Source: an uncultured virus (IMG/VR IMGVR_UViG_3300007511_001544)
Lineage: Duplodnaviria > Heunggongvirae > Uroviricota > Caudoviricetes
Strand: one strand, 5' to 3'
Virus record (IMG/VR): IMGVR_UViG_3300007511_001544
Location: 1-64,000 of that record
DNA length: 64,000 nucleotides
Each line of letters begins with the position of its first letter. Position 1 is the first letter of the stretch. The translations under genes were made by a program, and so were the position numbers. The notes beneath the pieces are model-generated. The model was not told the DNA's origin, made no database searches, and saw only the letters and a program-made list of their open reading frames with translations. Below are positions 49,246 to 58,472 of this stretch, piece by piece.

Positions 49246-50410
49246 TCAAAGCCTCACATAGTTCTCTAATTTGTGTTTCCGTTAGATCTGTATGGTTACC
49301 CACATAAAGACCGAAATCATGAATATGATCTGCATTTTTAAGGTCGCCAACAACTCTATGTCTATATCCCTCCAGATATGGTTGACGGGCTTGGTTTCCC
49401 CCGCCTGCTGTTCCTATCCTATATTCGACACCCATAGTGCGAAGGGTTTTTTCCACATTTTTCATTCTATTTTTGTCCTTGTCTAACAAGATGAGCGGTA
49501 GTGCGAAATTACTGTTTCCATCAAACTTGAAATCGGTATAATACTTTTTACTATCCAAAAACTCCAACCATATACCAAGATTGAAAGACCTTATTTTACA
49601 CGCCTGATCTAAACGCTTTATTTGTTGCAACCCCAATACAGCATTAAACTCAGTATTTCTTAAATTATAACCAGGGACAGCAAATGTAAACAGCGGATTT
49701 AAATCGGGATACTTTTTTTCATAATATTCTTGTAATTTAGTGTCAGCTTCTCTAATCATACCATGAGATCTAAACATTTTTGCAAGCTCATAAACTTTCT
49801 CATCGTTAGTGCAAACAACTCCTCCCTCTACGGTAGTGATGTGGTGCCCAAAATAAAATGAAAAGTTTGACATCAACCCATGAGAACCAACAAGTCTTCC
49901 ATTATGGGTTGCGCCATGTGACTCACAACAATCCTCAATAAGAATTAAATCGTGTTCTTTTGCTATTTTTACAAGCTCATCTGTAAGTCCATCAAACCCC
50001 AGAGCGTGAACCAAAGTAATGCCAATCGTCCTGTCGGTTATAGCATTTTTAATATTCTCAGCAGTAATAGCCATACTGCTCATGTCAACATCAACAAAGA
50101 CTGGCGTCATGCCAAGATTTACAATAGGGGCAATATCAGACACCCAACCTATGGGCGGAACAATAACTTCCCCTCTACCTTTCATTTCTTTGAGGATAGA
50201 TGCCATAATATAATTGGCGGACGCTCCGGAGTTGACAAATACAGTATATTTTACGCCAAGCCATTTTGACCACTCTTCCTCAAACTTTCGCACATATTTT
50301 GACTGAGTGAAGCGAACGTTTGGTTCTTTTAACCAGTCAATAAGTGCGTATTTATCTGATTCTGTAATATTGTCGTTTATTAGAGGCCATGTGAATTTAC
50401 TTTGTCCCAT
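49235..50410 (-). CDS. DegT/DnrJ-family PLP enzyme, ColD-like 3-dehydratase
   Basis: VNSGASAN, IEDCCESHGA, SFYFGHHITTVEGG with His in place of the usual Schiff-base Lys; lacks the Cys cluster of RfbH/E1. Confidence 0.75.
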   Translation of the reverse strand: MGQSKFTWPLINDNITESDKYALIDWLKEPNVRFTQSKYVRKFEEEWSKWLGVKYTVFVNSGASANYIMASILKEMKGRGEVIVPPIGWVSDIAPIVNLGMTPVFVDVDMSSMAITAENIKNAITDRTIGITLVHALGFDGLTDELVKIAKEHDLILIEDCCESHGATHNGRLVGSHGLMSNFSFYFGHHITTVEGGVVCTNDEKVYELAKMFRSHGMIREADTKLQEYYEKKYPDLNPLFTFAVPGYNLRNTEFNAVLGLQQIKRLDQACKIRSFNLGIWLEFLDSKKYYTDFKFDGNSNFALPLILLDKDKNRMKNVEKTLRTMGVEYRIGTAGGGNQARQPYLEGYRHRVVGDLKNADHIHDFGLYVGNHTDLTETQIRELCEALNVC

Positions 50411-50933
50411 AGAATTCTCCATATTCTACAAGAAGTGTTGATTTTGAATCTAATCGCTCGTAAGCGTTCTTAAATTCTGCGAATATATCCTCTGCCTCAT
50501 AAAGTTCTACGACCTCTACCTCTGTTAACATTTTACGAAGGGCTTCAGTGTGGTTCTGGGTGTGCTGTGGACCTGCATCAATTGGATTCTTTGACCCTAT
50601 AGCAACCCGAATAATAACACGAGGTGTCATATCACCCTTTGACATGTCCCTCATTTTATCTAAATGGTTAACCAATTGATTACAGGCAAGAATAAAGAAA
50701 TCGAAGCGAGGATACATTGTTATGGGTACATAACCCTCCAGGGCCATTCCGGTTGAAATACCCATCTGTGTTTCTTCAAAAACTGGTAATTCAATTCTTT
50801 TTTCGTCTGGGACTTTTTCTAAAGTGCTGGAGATTGCGTGTCCGCTAACCTTGCAGGCTTGTCCTAAAAAGATTGTATCTTCTTTCCGAGATAACCACTC
50901 CATCGACCTAATAAGTTCACTCTTATAACTCAT
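50397..50933 (-). CDS. ThDP enzyme beta subunit (transketolase/PDH E1-beta pyrimidine-binding domain only)
   Basis: IFLGQ, ELPVFEETQMG.STGMALEG, FDF..LACNQLVN, GPQHTQ; 178 aa, lacks the C-terminal domain. Confidence 0.75.
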   Translation of the reverse strand: MSYKSELIRSMEWLSRKEDTIFLGQACKVSGHAISSTLEKVPDEKRIELPVFEETQMGISTGMALEGYVPITMYPRFDFFILACNQLVNHLDKMRDMSKGDMTPRVIIRVAIGSKNPIDAGPQHTQNHTEALRKMLTEVEVVELYEAEDIFAEFKNAYERLDSKSTLLVEYGEFYGTK

Positions 50934-51560
50934 TTAAAAATTGACCCACTTTCCTGTCCCGTGATGGGGGTACTCCATTTCATACTTGTAATAAATGACA
51001 CCATCAGGTGCTTCTTGTTTTTTGCCCCATGCCATCTCGGTTGGTGTATGAACACTCATATTGTTATCTTCGACCACCCACTGAAGGGGGAGATTGAAAT
51101 TTTTTGCGTACTTGTATGCCTCGTGAAACACACCAGTTTCCATCGTCATATCGCCTACAAAACACCAAACCCTTTTATTGGACCCCTTTGTTTTTAGCGC
51201 AAGAGCGGTACCTAAAGCTAGAGGTATAATGCCACCCACAATAGAAGAGGCATAAAAGTTTGGCTTTATGTTGTTTGTCCCCATGCTTCTACCTTCTACA
51301 ATAGAATTAAACAGCTTTTCTGGATCAACTCCATGTAAAAGAGCGTGGTAGTGATTTCTCCAGGGGACAAAAACCCAATCATCTGGACTTATGTACTGAA
51401 ATATTTCTATCAGTTGTTCTTCGTTATTCTTGGCGAGGTGGATTGGTCCCTTGACTTTTCCCGCCTCATAAGTATCTCTAACTTTAGACTCAAAATCAAT
51501 AAGTTCTTGAGGACTCAAAGAAACCTTTCTAACTTTTTTAAGATGATTTGGAATGTTCAT
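50934..51560 (-). CDS. ThDP enzyme alpha subunit (PDH E1-alpha-like, short)
   Basis: GPIHL, WRNHYHAL, SIVGG, ThDP motif GD...EDNN. Confidence 0.75.
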   Translation of the reverse strand: MNIPNHLKKVRKVSLSPQELIDFESKVRDTYEAGKVKGPIHLAKNNEEQLIEIFQYISPDDWVFVPWRNHYHALLHGVDPEKLFNSIVEGRSMGTNNIKPNFYASSIVGGIIPLALGTALALKTKGSNKRVWCFVGDMTMETGVFHEAYKYAKNFNLPLQWVVEDNNMSVHTPTEMAWGKKQEAPDGVIYYKYEMEYPHHGTGKWVNF

Positions 51561-52060
51561 TTGTCTCTCGCTTGTAATATTGGATTACTGGTTGGCCAGT
51601 CTATGTTAACACGAGGATCGTTCCATTTTAAGGTAAATTGTTGATCAACGTCAGAATACTCTCCATCGTATGCGAGCTTATAACTGAAAACGGCTGTATC
51701 GCTCATCACACAAAACCCATTTCCGAAGCCGGGCGGAAGTAAAACTTGTTTTCTTTCTTTGTCGTCAAGTATCATCCAATCCCACTGGAGGTATGTTTCT
51801 GAGTCGGGGCGGTTATCAACCACAACAAAATAAATCTCTCCGTGTATACAACTAACCATCTTCCAAGTTTTATAATCTCCGTGGATTCCACGAATCACAC
51901 TCTTCCTAGAAGATGAAAATTTATCATGAATAAAATCTAGTTTTATTGCGGATGTTTTCTTTTTATAAGTTGTCCAAATATCGCCCCGATAGTCTCGGAA
52001 CATGTCAGAATCAAAAACTCCAACTTCTGGGAATGTGTTGTTTACCAACTGATGTCCCAA
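51557..52060 (-). CDS. rmlC: dTDP-4-dehydrorhamnose 3,5-epimerase-like cupin (RmlC family)
   Basis: DYRG, VIRGIH, VVVDNR.DS, LLPPGFGNGF, WNDP..IDWP. Confidence 0.75.
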   Translation of the reverse strand: MGHQLVNNTFPEVGVFDSDMFRDYRGDIWTTYKKKTSAIKLDFIHDKFSSSRKSVIRGIHGDYKTWKMVSCIHGEIYFVVVDNRPDSETYLQWDWMILDDKERKQVLLPPGFGNGFCVMSDTAVFSYKLAYDGEYSDVDQQFTLKWNDPRVNIDWPTSNPILQARDK

Positions 52061-52440
52061 TCTTTAAACTCAGCCGCTAAACAATCGATCTTATAATCTT
52101 TTCTTCCGCCTGCAAGTTCTTGAATTTTATTTTTCGCCGTGTTTCTGATTCCGTTTAGCCCATGTGTTAGTTCGAGATTGTTACCGTCCTTGATTCCCTT
52201 CCTATAATTTGATTCATTGTGCCAAATATGTAAATTCATTTGAGCAAGAACAACGATAGCACGAATAGTATCCGCATCAATAACATCAGCTTTATCTAAA
52301 ATTAGCTGGATGTCGTGACAGATATCGGAAATTTCTTTTGCGTATTCTTCTTTATGATCGGTTATGAACACTTCTTTTAGTTGGGCAATGGATAGCCTAT
52401 CGATCAATTCGGATAAGGTAGGCAAATATTTTCTAGTCAT
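52042..52440 (-). CDS. Hypothetical helical protein of sugar clusters (DUF4254-like)
   Basis: LSELIDRLSI..LK, N..IW..E...R, N..RN..K..I pattern. Confidence 0.5.
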   Translation of the reverse strand: MTRKYLPTLSELIDRLSIAQLKEVFITDHKEEYAKEISDICHDIQLILDKADVIDADTIRAIVVLAQMNLHIWHNESNYRKGIKDGNNLELTHGLNGIRNTAKNKIQELAGGRKDYKIDCLAAEFKDWDISW

Positions 52441-53356
52441 CTAAAAGCTCCGGTATAGTTTTTATTAAATTCTCCGCAAACGTATCGTCCATAGACACAT
52501 ATTTTTTTGCAATTTCAAAATTTTCCTTGACGTATTTTAGTTTACTGTTATATAAATCTTCTGATAGGTTATCGAGTATTTCTACCAACTGTTGCCCTGT
52601 GTCAAATTGTAGAATTCCCTTCTCGTTAAAAAACTCTCCCACATTTGGGCAGCCCCAGAATATAGGAATAGTGCCGTGGCGAAAAACATCAACGAGTGTT
52701 TCTGTAAAATAGTTTTCCTCTTTTGAATTCATCACTGTGATACTAAAGCGATAATCTTTTAGGGGCTCGGTCTTTCCTTCTCGAATAGCTCCGGCGGTCA
52801 GTCCTATGTTGCCTTTTCCAAAAGGCTTATATGCTCCTCCCCACAGGTCAACATCGTATTTATCCTTTATAGCATTTGCTATTTTGTGTCGAAGGCGGTG
52901 GCCACGGGTCATTGTCTGTTTTGAGGCAATAAGTGATAACATCTTGTTCTTCTTGTGTAGTCCCGCATCCTCGTCAGAAACACGAGAAGTTGCAATCAAA
53001 TTCCTAACATATTTCGGGCTGCTTTCTAAAAGCTCCCTGTCAAAGGTAAAAACATGATCAAACTTGTGTTCCACAAATTTTATGTGGTCATATGCAAACG
53101 AGTGAACACCTCTGCATTCCACAATCCAGGCAACCCTGTATTTACTTTTTACATTATCAACCCAGGGGGACAATAAATCTTTGTCTGTAAATACAGTTAC
53201 TCCATCAAATTCTGGGTGTCCGAGCCCTGTTCCTTGTTTAAGCCACTCAATCTTTGTTGGTTCAAATTCACTAGAGAAATTTTGACAGCCCCAATATTCA
53301 TCGTAGTGGGGTGGTGCGAGGCTATCAAACAAATTTACTTTTATCTTTTTAGTCAC
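52433..53356 (-). CDS. GT10 (alpha-1,3-fucosyltransferase-like) glycosyltransferase
   Basis: LKDYRFSITVMNS..NYFTET..D.F..GTIPIFWG is a variant of the GT10 motif YxFxxxxENS..YxTEK..GxxPxYWG. Confidence 0.7.
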   Translation of the reverse strand: MTKKIKVNLFDSLAPPHYDEYWGCQNFSSEFEPTKIEWLKQGTGLGHPEFDGVTVFTDKDLLSPWVDNVKSKYRVAWIVECRGVHSFAYDHIKFVEHKFDHVFTFDRELLESSPKYVRNLIATSRVSDEDAGLHKKNKMLSLIASKQTMTRGHRLRHKIANAIKDKYDVDLWGGAYKPFGKGNIGLTAGAIREGKTEPLKDYRFSITVMNSKEENYFTETLVDVFRHGTIPIFWGCPNVGEFFNEKGILQFDTGQQLVEILDNLSEDLYNSKLKYVKENFEIAKKYVSMDDTFAENLIKTIPELLDD

Positions 53357-53702
53357 CTTTCACCACCCTATAACTGTCGCTGTCAAAATGCTGTGTTGAA
53401 AACTCAAAAAGTTCTGAGTCTTCTAAGGCGATCATCTGATGTCTAAGCCCTCTATATACATGAAAATTGTCACCTGCATTAAGGATAAGCTCGTTCGCAT
53501 CCTCCAAGCTGTCATCATCACCATATTTGATCAACATCTTACCGGACTGAAGATAGAATACTTCGTCCTTTAGTTTGTGATAGTGCCAAGAACATCGCTT
53601 GTCTTTATTGAAGAATAGAAGTTTTCCGCAATACTCCTCTTTGTTGACGATCCATCTTTCCCAGCCCCAGCCTTTATCAACATGTGTCATCTCTAATGTC
53701 AT
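53349..53702 (-). CDS. Cupin, mannose-6-phosphate isomerase type II C-terminal-like
   Basis: VDKGWGWE, CSWHYHKLKDEVFY, HQM, EFST..DSYR; start at ATG 53702. Confidence 0.75.
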   Translation of the reverse strand: MTLEMTHVDKGWGWERWIVNKEEYCGKLLFFNKDKRCSWHYHKLKDEVFYLQSGKMLIKYGDDDSLEDANELILNAGDNFHVYRGLRHQMIALEDSELFEFSTQHFDSDSYRVVKGD

Positions 53703-53703
53703 T

Positions 53704-54453
53704 TTATAACCCCTTTGCGGTCCAGCCGCCGTCAACATAAATGTCTTGTCCTGTAATATAAGAAGAGGCGTCAGATGCTAGGAATAATACAGTCCCTGCA
53801 ATATCTGTTGGTGTCCCCCAGCGATTAAGAAAAGTTTTCTTTTTCCTCTCTTCGTGGATTGTATCATTTGACCAACTCTTCTTTGTCATTTCTGTTTTGA
53901 TATAGCCAGGACCAACGTTGTTTACTCTAATATTTTTTCTCCCCAACTCAAGGGCTAAAGTTTTTGTTAAACCCTTTAAGCCATGTTTTGTGGTAACATA
54001 AGCTGGATTATTGGGAAAGGCTAGTTCGGCATTTAGGCTCGTTATATTTATAATAGAGCCCCCGAGCATATTTTTAGCCAAACTCCTTGAGAGTAAATAT
54101 GGGGCTAGTAAATTAACCTTATATGTCATGTCCCAATCTTCGTTAGAGTAGTTAAAAAAATCATTAGTAAACGTAACTCCGGCACAATTGACCAAAATGT
54201 CTGCCCCACGAGGGTGCTTCAGACTAACTTGTTCGGCAAAATTATTAATCTGATTTTCGTCTCGCAGGTCTATGGAAAAGTTCTCAATGTTACTATTTGG
54301 CCATTCGGCATTGCTTTCCAAATCTAGTGCGTAAACCTTGCTGGCTCCTGCTTCCGCAAGAGATAAGGTTATTGCTTGCCCAATACCTCCGTTGGCACCA
54401 GTAACAACAGCCACCTTACCAGATAAGGAGAATACGCTATCCAAATAACTCAA
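53704..54453 (-). CDS. Classical SDR oxidoreductase
   Basis: VTGANGGIG, LVNCAG, YVTTK, NNVGPG, YITGQDIYVDGG. Confidence 0.85.
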   Translation of the reverse strand: MSYLDSVFSLSGKVAVVTGANGGIGQAITLSLAEAGASKVYALDLESNAEWPNSNIENFSIDLRDENQINNFAEQVSLKHPRGADILVNCAGVTFTNDFFNYSNEDWDMTYKVNLLAPYLLSRSLAKNMLGGSIINITSLNAELAFPNNPAYVTTKHGLKGLTKTLALELGRKNIRVNNVGPGYIKTEMTKKSWSNDTIHEERKKKTFLNRWGTPTDIAGTVLFLASDASSYITGQDIYVDGGWTAKGL

Positions 54454-54881
54454 CGCAGTTCCTCTACTAGTTCTATTAGACTGCCATCAGGATCTTTACA
54501 AAATGTAACTTTAGCAAACCCATCAGGAGATAACTGGGGTGGGCTGTTAAAATAAACTCCTGCCTCCACTAATCTTTCATAGGTTTCATCTAAATTTTTT
54601 ACTGTCATCGCAAAATGAGAACATCCGATTCTGGTTATTGGTCGGCTCATATCAGGCTCTTCTGGGTGTGTTTCGTACCAGAGAAGTTCTACCATATCAT
54701 CATTCTCTAGCGTCATTTTTATTGTGCGAACCCTGACGTTCTTGAGGGCAGAAAAATTATCAATATAATCTCCCGACTCCATCATATCCTTCTTGATTCT
54801 AAATCCCAAAAGGTTAGTGTAGAAATCTATTGACTTCTCTGCGTCACTAACAACAATACCAGTGTGTCGTATATTAAGCAT
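54450..54881 (-). CDS. VOC/glyoxalase-family protein
   Basis: IRHTGIVVSD..KSIDFY..LLG, VELL, HFAMTV, DPDGSLIELVE. Confidence 0.85.
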   Translation of the reverse strand: MLNIRHTGIVVSDAEKSIDFYTNLLGFRIKKDMMESGDYIDNFSALKNVRVRTIKMTLENDDMVELLWYETHPEEPDMSRPITRIGCSHFAMTVKNLDETYERLVEAGVYFNSPPQLSPDGFAKVTFCKDPDGSLIELVEELR

Positions 54882-55665
54882 TCTTTTCACCAATCACAAT
54901 AAATTCATCTTCTAATAAGTCGTCATCCTTATTCCAGCTTTCAAATATTTGGATATTATCAAATCCAGCTAAGAACAGTAAATGAAGTATATCAGAGCGT
55001 TGATAATTTTTTAATACCACATTACTTTTTGATGTCTCTGAGAGGTTTCTCTTTATGAATGTTTTATTCAAGGTTAGGTGATTATTCTTTAGGTTACAGT
55101 CCCAAAGAAGATATTGCCAAGGATCTGGTTCTTTAAATTCTTGCCATGTTTTTATTTTTCCGTCTTCCATTTTATTAACAAGTCTTTCGTGACAGTCAAG
55201 CTCTAATACTACTTTGCCACCGTTTTTTAAGCGACCATAAATCGACTTTAGAATTTTTAAATCGCCCTCTGATTCAATTGGTTCCAAAAACTGAAAGGCT
55301 AGATCTACACAATAAACGAGATCAAAAGTTGGTAATCTGTCAAACCTTGTTTTTAAAATGTCCTCTTTGATGTTATGAACATTTTCAATCCCCAAATCCC
55401 GTTTCCACTCATCGGCGAACCTATTTCTGCTTTTACTCACCTCAAATCCATACCCTTCATCTAGCATGTTTTCTATTTCTAGGGCGTATAAGAATTTTGA
55501 GTTTCCGGACCCTATCTCAAGCACTCTTAACTTTTTGTCAAAGTTGTTTTTTATGAAAGAGATATTCTTCCGAACTCCCTTCAATTTTGAGGCTCGATAA
55601 ACAGAGATGTTCTCTTTAGAATCAAAAACCTCATGGTCGTCATAAGCCAAAAGATTCGGGTGCAT
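54874..55665 (-). CDS. Class I SAM-dependent methyltransferase
   Basis: VLEIGSGNS motif I, FDLVYC, LKNGGKVVL. Confidence 0.75.
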   Translation of the reverse strand: MHPNLLAYDDHEVFDSKENISVYRASKLKGVRKNISFIKNNFDKKLRVLEIGSGNSKFLYALEIENMLDEGYGFEVSKSRNRFADEWKRDLGIENVHNIKEDILKTRFDRLPTFDLVYCVDLAFQFLEPIESEGDLKILKSIYGRLKNGGKVVLELDCHERLVNKMEDGKIKTWQEFKEPDPWQYLLWDCNLKNNHLTLNKTFIKRNLSETSKSNVVLKNYQRSDILHLLFLAGFDNIQIFESWNKDDDLLEDEFIVIGEKNA

Positions 55666-56924
55666 TACTGGTTCCTTTGGATGCACTCTTCTATAACATC
55701 AAAAGCTTCATGAATAGCATCTACTGGTATCGTTAGTGGTGGACCAAGCTTAATTGATTCTCTAAATGTGCAAACAGGAAGCACTCCATGCTCAATACAG
55801 TCAAACACTATTTTGTTTGTTCTTTCTGTTGTGTCAAATACAATACCTGCGACGATGCCCCTGGCGTTGATAGCCTCCACGCATTGATATTTTAACAGGT
55901 CTTGACTTCTTCTCTCAAATGCGTTAACTCTTTCTTTTAATTCCCTTTGAAACTCTTCGTCGGTTAATATATCAAGGTTTGCCAAGCAAGCAGCAGACCC
56001 TAGCGCATTACCAGCATGAGTTCCGCTCAAGTTTGCGTTTAAATCAACATCAATAATCTCCTCTGTACCAAGGACAGCAGCCATCGGCAAAGAGGATGAA
56101 ATACCCTTCCCTAAACATATCAGATCAGGCTTGATGTTTTCTCCATAAGTCATATAGCCGTACATTTTACCCATGCGGTAAAACCCTGCCTGAACTTCAT
56201 CAAAACAAATAAGGGCTCCGTTATCTCTGGCAAATTTATAGAGCGCCTGGATATATTGAGGAGGGTACATCCACGCTGCCCACCCTTGGTATGTTTCAAT
56301 CATAAATGCAGCAATATTAGCGGGATCTCCCAATATTGTGGGATCAAACTCGGCACCCTGGTCTGTCGGGAAATCTATAAATATAACATCGTCATCAACT
56401 ACCGAAGACCAATCTGCTGCCCCCTTTGATCCGCACACTAAAGCAGACCCAAGAACCCGCCCGTGGTAACTTCCATTGAAAGTAACAATATATTTCTTGT
56501 TGTTTTTCTTTGCCCATAACTTGATCAGTTTATAGGCTACGTCCGTGGCTTCTGAGCCTGTATTCATCAGGATGGTTTTATCAAAATGATCTGGGGAGCT
56601 ATCCAAAAGCTTTTCGACAAACTGCTGTCTTATCTCCGTTATATATTGATAAGCGAAAATAAGGTTTTTATCCAGTTGGTTCTGAATAGCTTCTTTAATC
56701 TTTGGGTTGGAGTGTCCTGCGTTTGCCGCAAAGATGCCGGCAGTCATATCAATCCATTTATTACCCTGCTTGTCGAAAACGTTATAGTCGATAGCACTAT
56801 CCCAAACGACAGGGACTTGGTGTCCGTTGGCTTTTGTTTCTAACTCGTGGCGGCGGTCATTGAGTTCTGTTTCTTCTAGCTTATATCCAGCATTAATTTT
56901 TCTATGTTTTGTCTCAATGCTCAT
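55665..56924 (-). CDS. Class III PLP aminotransferase
   Basis: WIDMTAG..N.GH, NTGSEA, YHGR, FDEVQAGFYRMG, PDLICLGKG, THAGN. Confidence 0.85.
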   Translation of the reverse strand: MSIETKHRKINAGYKLEETELNDRRHELETKANGHQVPVVWDSAIDYNVFDKQGNKWIDMTAGIFAANAGHSNPKIKEAIQNQLDKNLIFAYQYITEIRQQFVEKLLDSSPDHFDKTILMNTGSEATDVAYKLIKLWAKKNNKKYIVTFNGSYHGRVLGSALVCGSKGAADWSSVVDDDVIFIDFPTDQGAEFDPTILGDPANIAAFMIETYQGWAAWMYPPQYIQALYKFARDNGALICFDEVQAGFYRMGKMYGYMTYGENIKPDLICLGKGISSSLPMAAVLGTEEIIDVDLNANLSGTHAGNALGSAACLANLDILTDEEFQRELKERVNAFERRSQDLLKYQCVEAINARGIVAGIVFDTTERTNKIVFDCIEHGVLPVCTFRESIKLGPPLTIPVDAIHEAFDVIEECIQRNQ

Positions 56925-57639
56925 TTTTTAATTCACCCAATAAAACATGACCCTTTGAATTAAGTTGACTCTCAAGAAGTTCGAATTGAAATGGTGTATC
57001 AACCTCTATGACAAACTCCGTCACAATGGGCAAAATGTTATCTCCGAACGTATCGCCAACATCAAGAGTGGCTCTTTTAACAATATCCAAATACCCATTT
57101 GGTTGATATGCTTTCGGAAATATTTGTCTCGGTAAGTTTGTGTAGTTTTTTATCCCATCGAAATCATCAAAAAAACCACGGCAATAACCATTTTTGTCTA
57201 TTTGGAACATCTTGTGCGGCGATTCTGGCAATTCATGCATGGACCGAACCCCCGTTGAGCACAATATTTTTGTATGAAAATATTCTCTAATATTCTCATC
57301 AATAAATTTTGGATCTCTCAAGGGCGTTGTTGGTCTAATGTATGCAACATCTGCATCGCCAGTTACATCAAAATAGTGTTTAATGACTTCCATGTCCCTC
57401 GACTTGTCGGTTGCCAATTCAGCGGGTCGCATAAATGGCACTTCTGCTCCGTATTTCAGCGCCACCTCGGCTATTTCTTCATCATCGGTAGATACTATAA
57501 TTCTACCAATCATATCCGACATTTTACAAGCGATTATAGAATAGGCTATTAGAGGATGCCCATGTAATAGCTTTATATTCTTTTTGTGTATTCCCTTGCT
57601 TCCACCTCTTGCAGGAATGAGGGCAGAAATTTGTCTCAC
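56914..57639 (-). CDS. neuA: CMP-nonulosonate synthetase (acylneuraminate cytidylyltransferase)
   Basis: IPARGGSKGI.KKN, VSTDD, RP.ELA.D, PTTPLR, PRQ, PNG. Confidence 0.85.
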   Translation of the reverse strand: MRQISALIPARGGSKGIHKKNIKLLHGHPLIAYSIIACKMSDMIGRIIVSTDDEEIAEVALKYGAEVPFMRPAELATDKSRDMEVIKHYFDVTGDADVAYIRPTTPLRDPKFIDENIREYFHTKILCSTGVRSMHELPESPHKMFQIDKNGYCRGFFDDFDGIKNYTNLPRQIFPKAYQPNGYLDIVKRATLDVGDTFGDNILPIVTEFVIEVDTPFQFELLESQLNSKGHVLLGELKNEH

Positions 57640-58472
57640 AGGGTGTCAAACTTTCTGAGTTTTTCGGCAATGTCCACCTCTGTCCTCATCACTCTTTTTT
57701 CCGGTGAGCCCATAGATTTTGTAATATCTCTGACATACTCCATCAATTTATTCAGTCCTCCAATTTCCAGAGAAGCTGACTGATCCGATCCATACATTGC
57801 TCTATCAAGTGTGATGTGGCGCTCAAGAGATGAGGCACCCATAGCAACTGCCGCACAACTAACGATAACACCACTCTCATGACCACTATATCCAACGTTA
57901 CAATTATAGCGTTCCTGAAGAGTGTGCATAACCTTTAAATTTGCATCTTCGACCGGCATTGGGTAGGTACTATTGCAGTGCATGAGTTCATACGAACAAT
58001 CAGCGTCCTCAAAGATCTGTACAGCCTTATCAATCTGTTCCAGGGTGCTCATTCCAGTCGAAATGAACGTATGTTTCTTCTCCGAAGCAATCGTTTTTAA
58101 CAATTCTCTATGTGTCAACATTGCTGACGCCACTTTATTATATTTGCAATCAAACTGACGTAGAAACTTCTGACTTTCTACATCCCATGCAGATGCAAGC
58201 CACTCGATGCCCGCATTTTTACAATATTGATCGATCTCTTGGTAATCTTCCTTGGTAAACTCCAGTCCATATTTTTGTTGACGGTTTGTAGTTCCCCACG
58301 GACTCTCCCTCGGCTTGTCTAACTCCTCCTTGGTGTATACAACATCCACCGTTCTCTTTTGAAACTTAACAGCATCACAGCCAGCCTCGACGGCGGCATC
58401 AATTAGCTGCTTCGCAATATCAAGACTCCCGTTGTGGTTAATTCCAACCTCAGCAATCACAAAAACACTCAT
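57636..58472 (-). CDS. neuB: N-acetylneuraminate/nonulosonate synthase (NeuB family, no C-terminal SAF domain)
   Basis: IAEVGINHNG, AVKFQKR, ISTGMS, MHCNSTYP, VGYSGHE, ERHITLDR..GSDQ; only 278 aa. Confidence 0.9.
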   Translation of the reverse strand: MSVFVIAEVGINHNGSLDIAKQLIDAAVEAGCDAVKFQKRTVDVVYTKEELDKPRESPWGTTNRQQKYGLEFTKEDYQEIDQYCKNAGIEWLASAWDVESQKFLRQFDCKYNKVASAMLTHRELLKTIASEKKHTFISTGMSTLEQIDKAVQIFEDADCSYELMHCNSTYPMPVEDANLKVMHTLQERYNCNVGYSGHESGVIVSCAAVAMGASSLERHITLDRAMYGSDQSASLEIGGLNKLMEYVRDITKSMGSPEKRVMRTEVDIAEKLRKFDTL

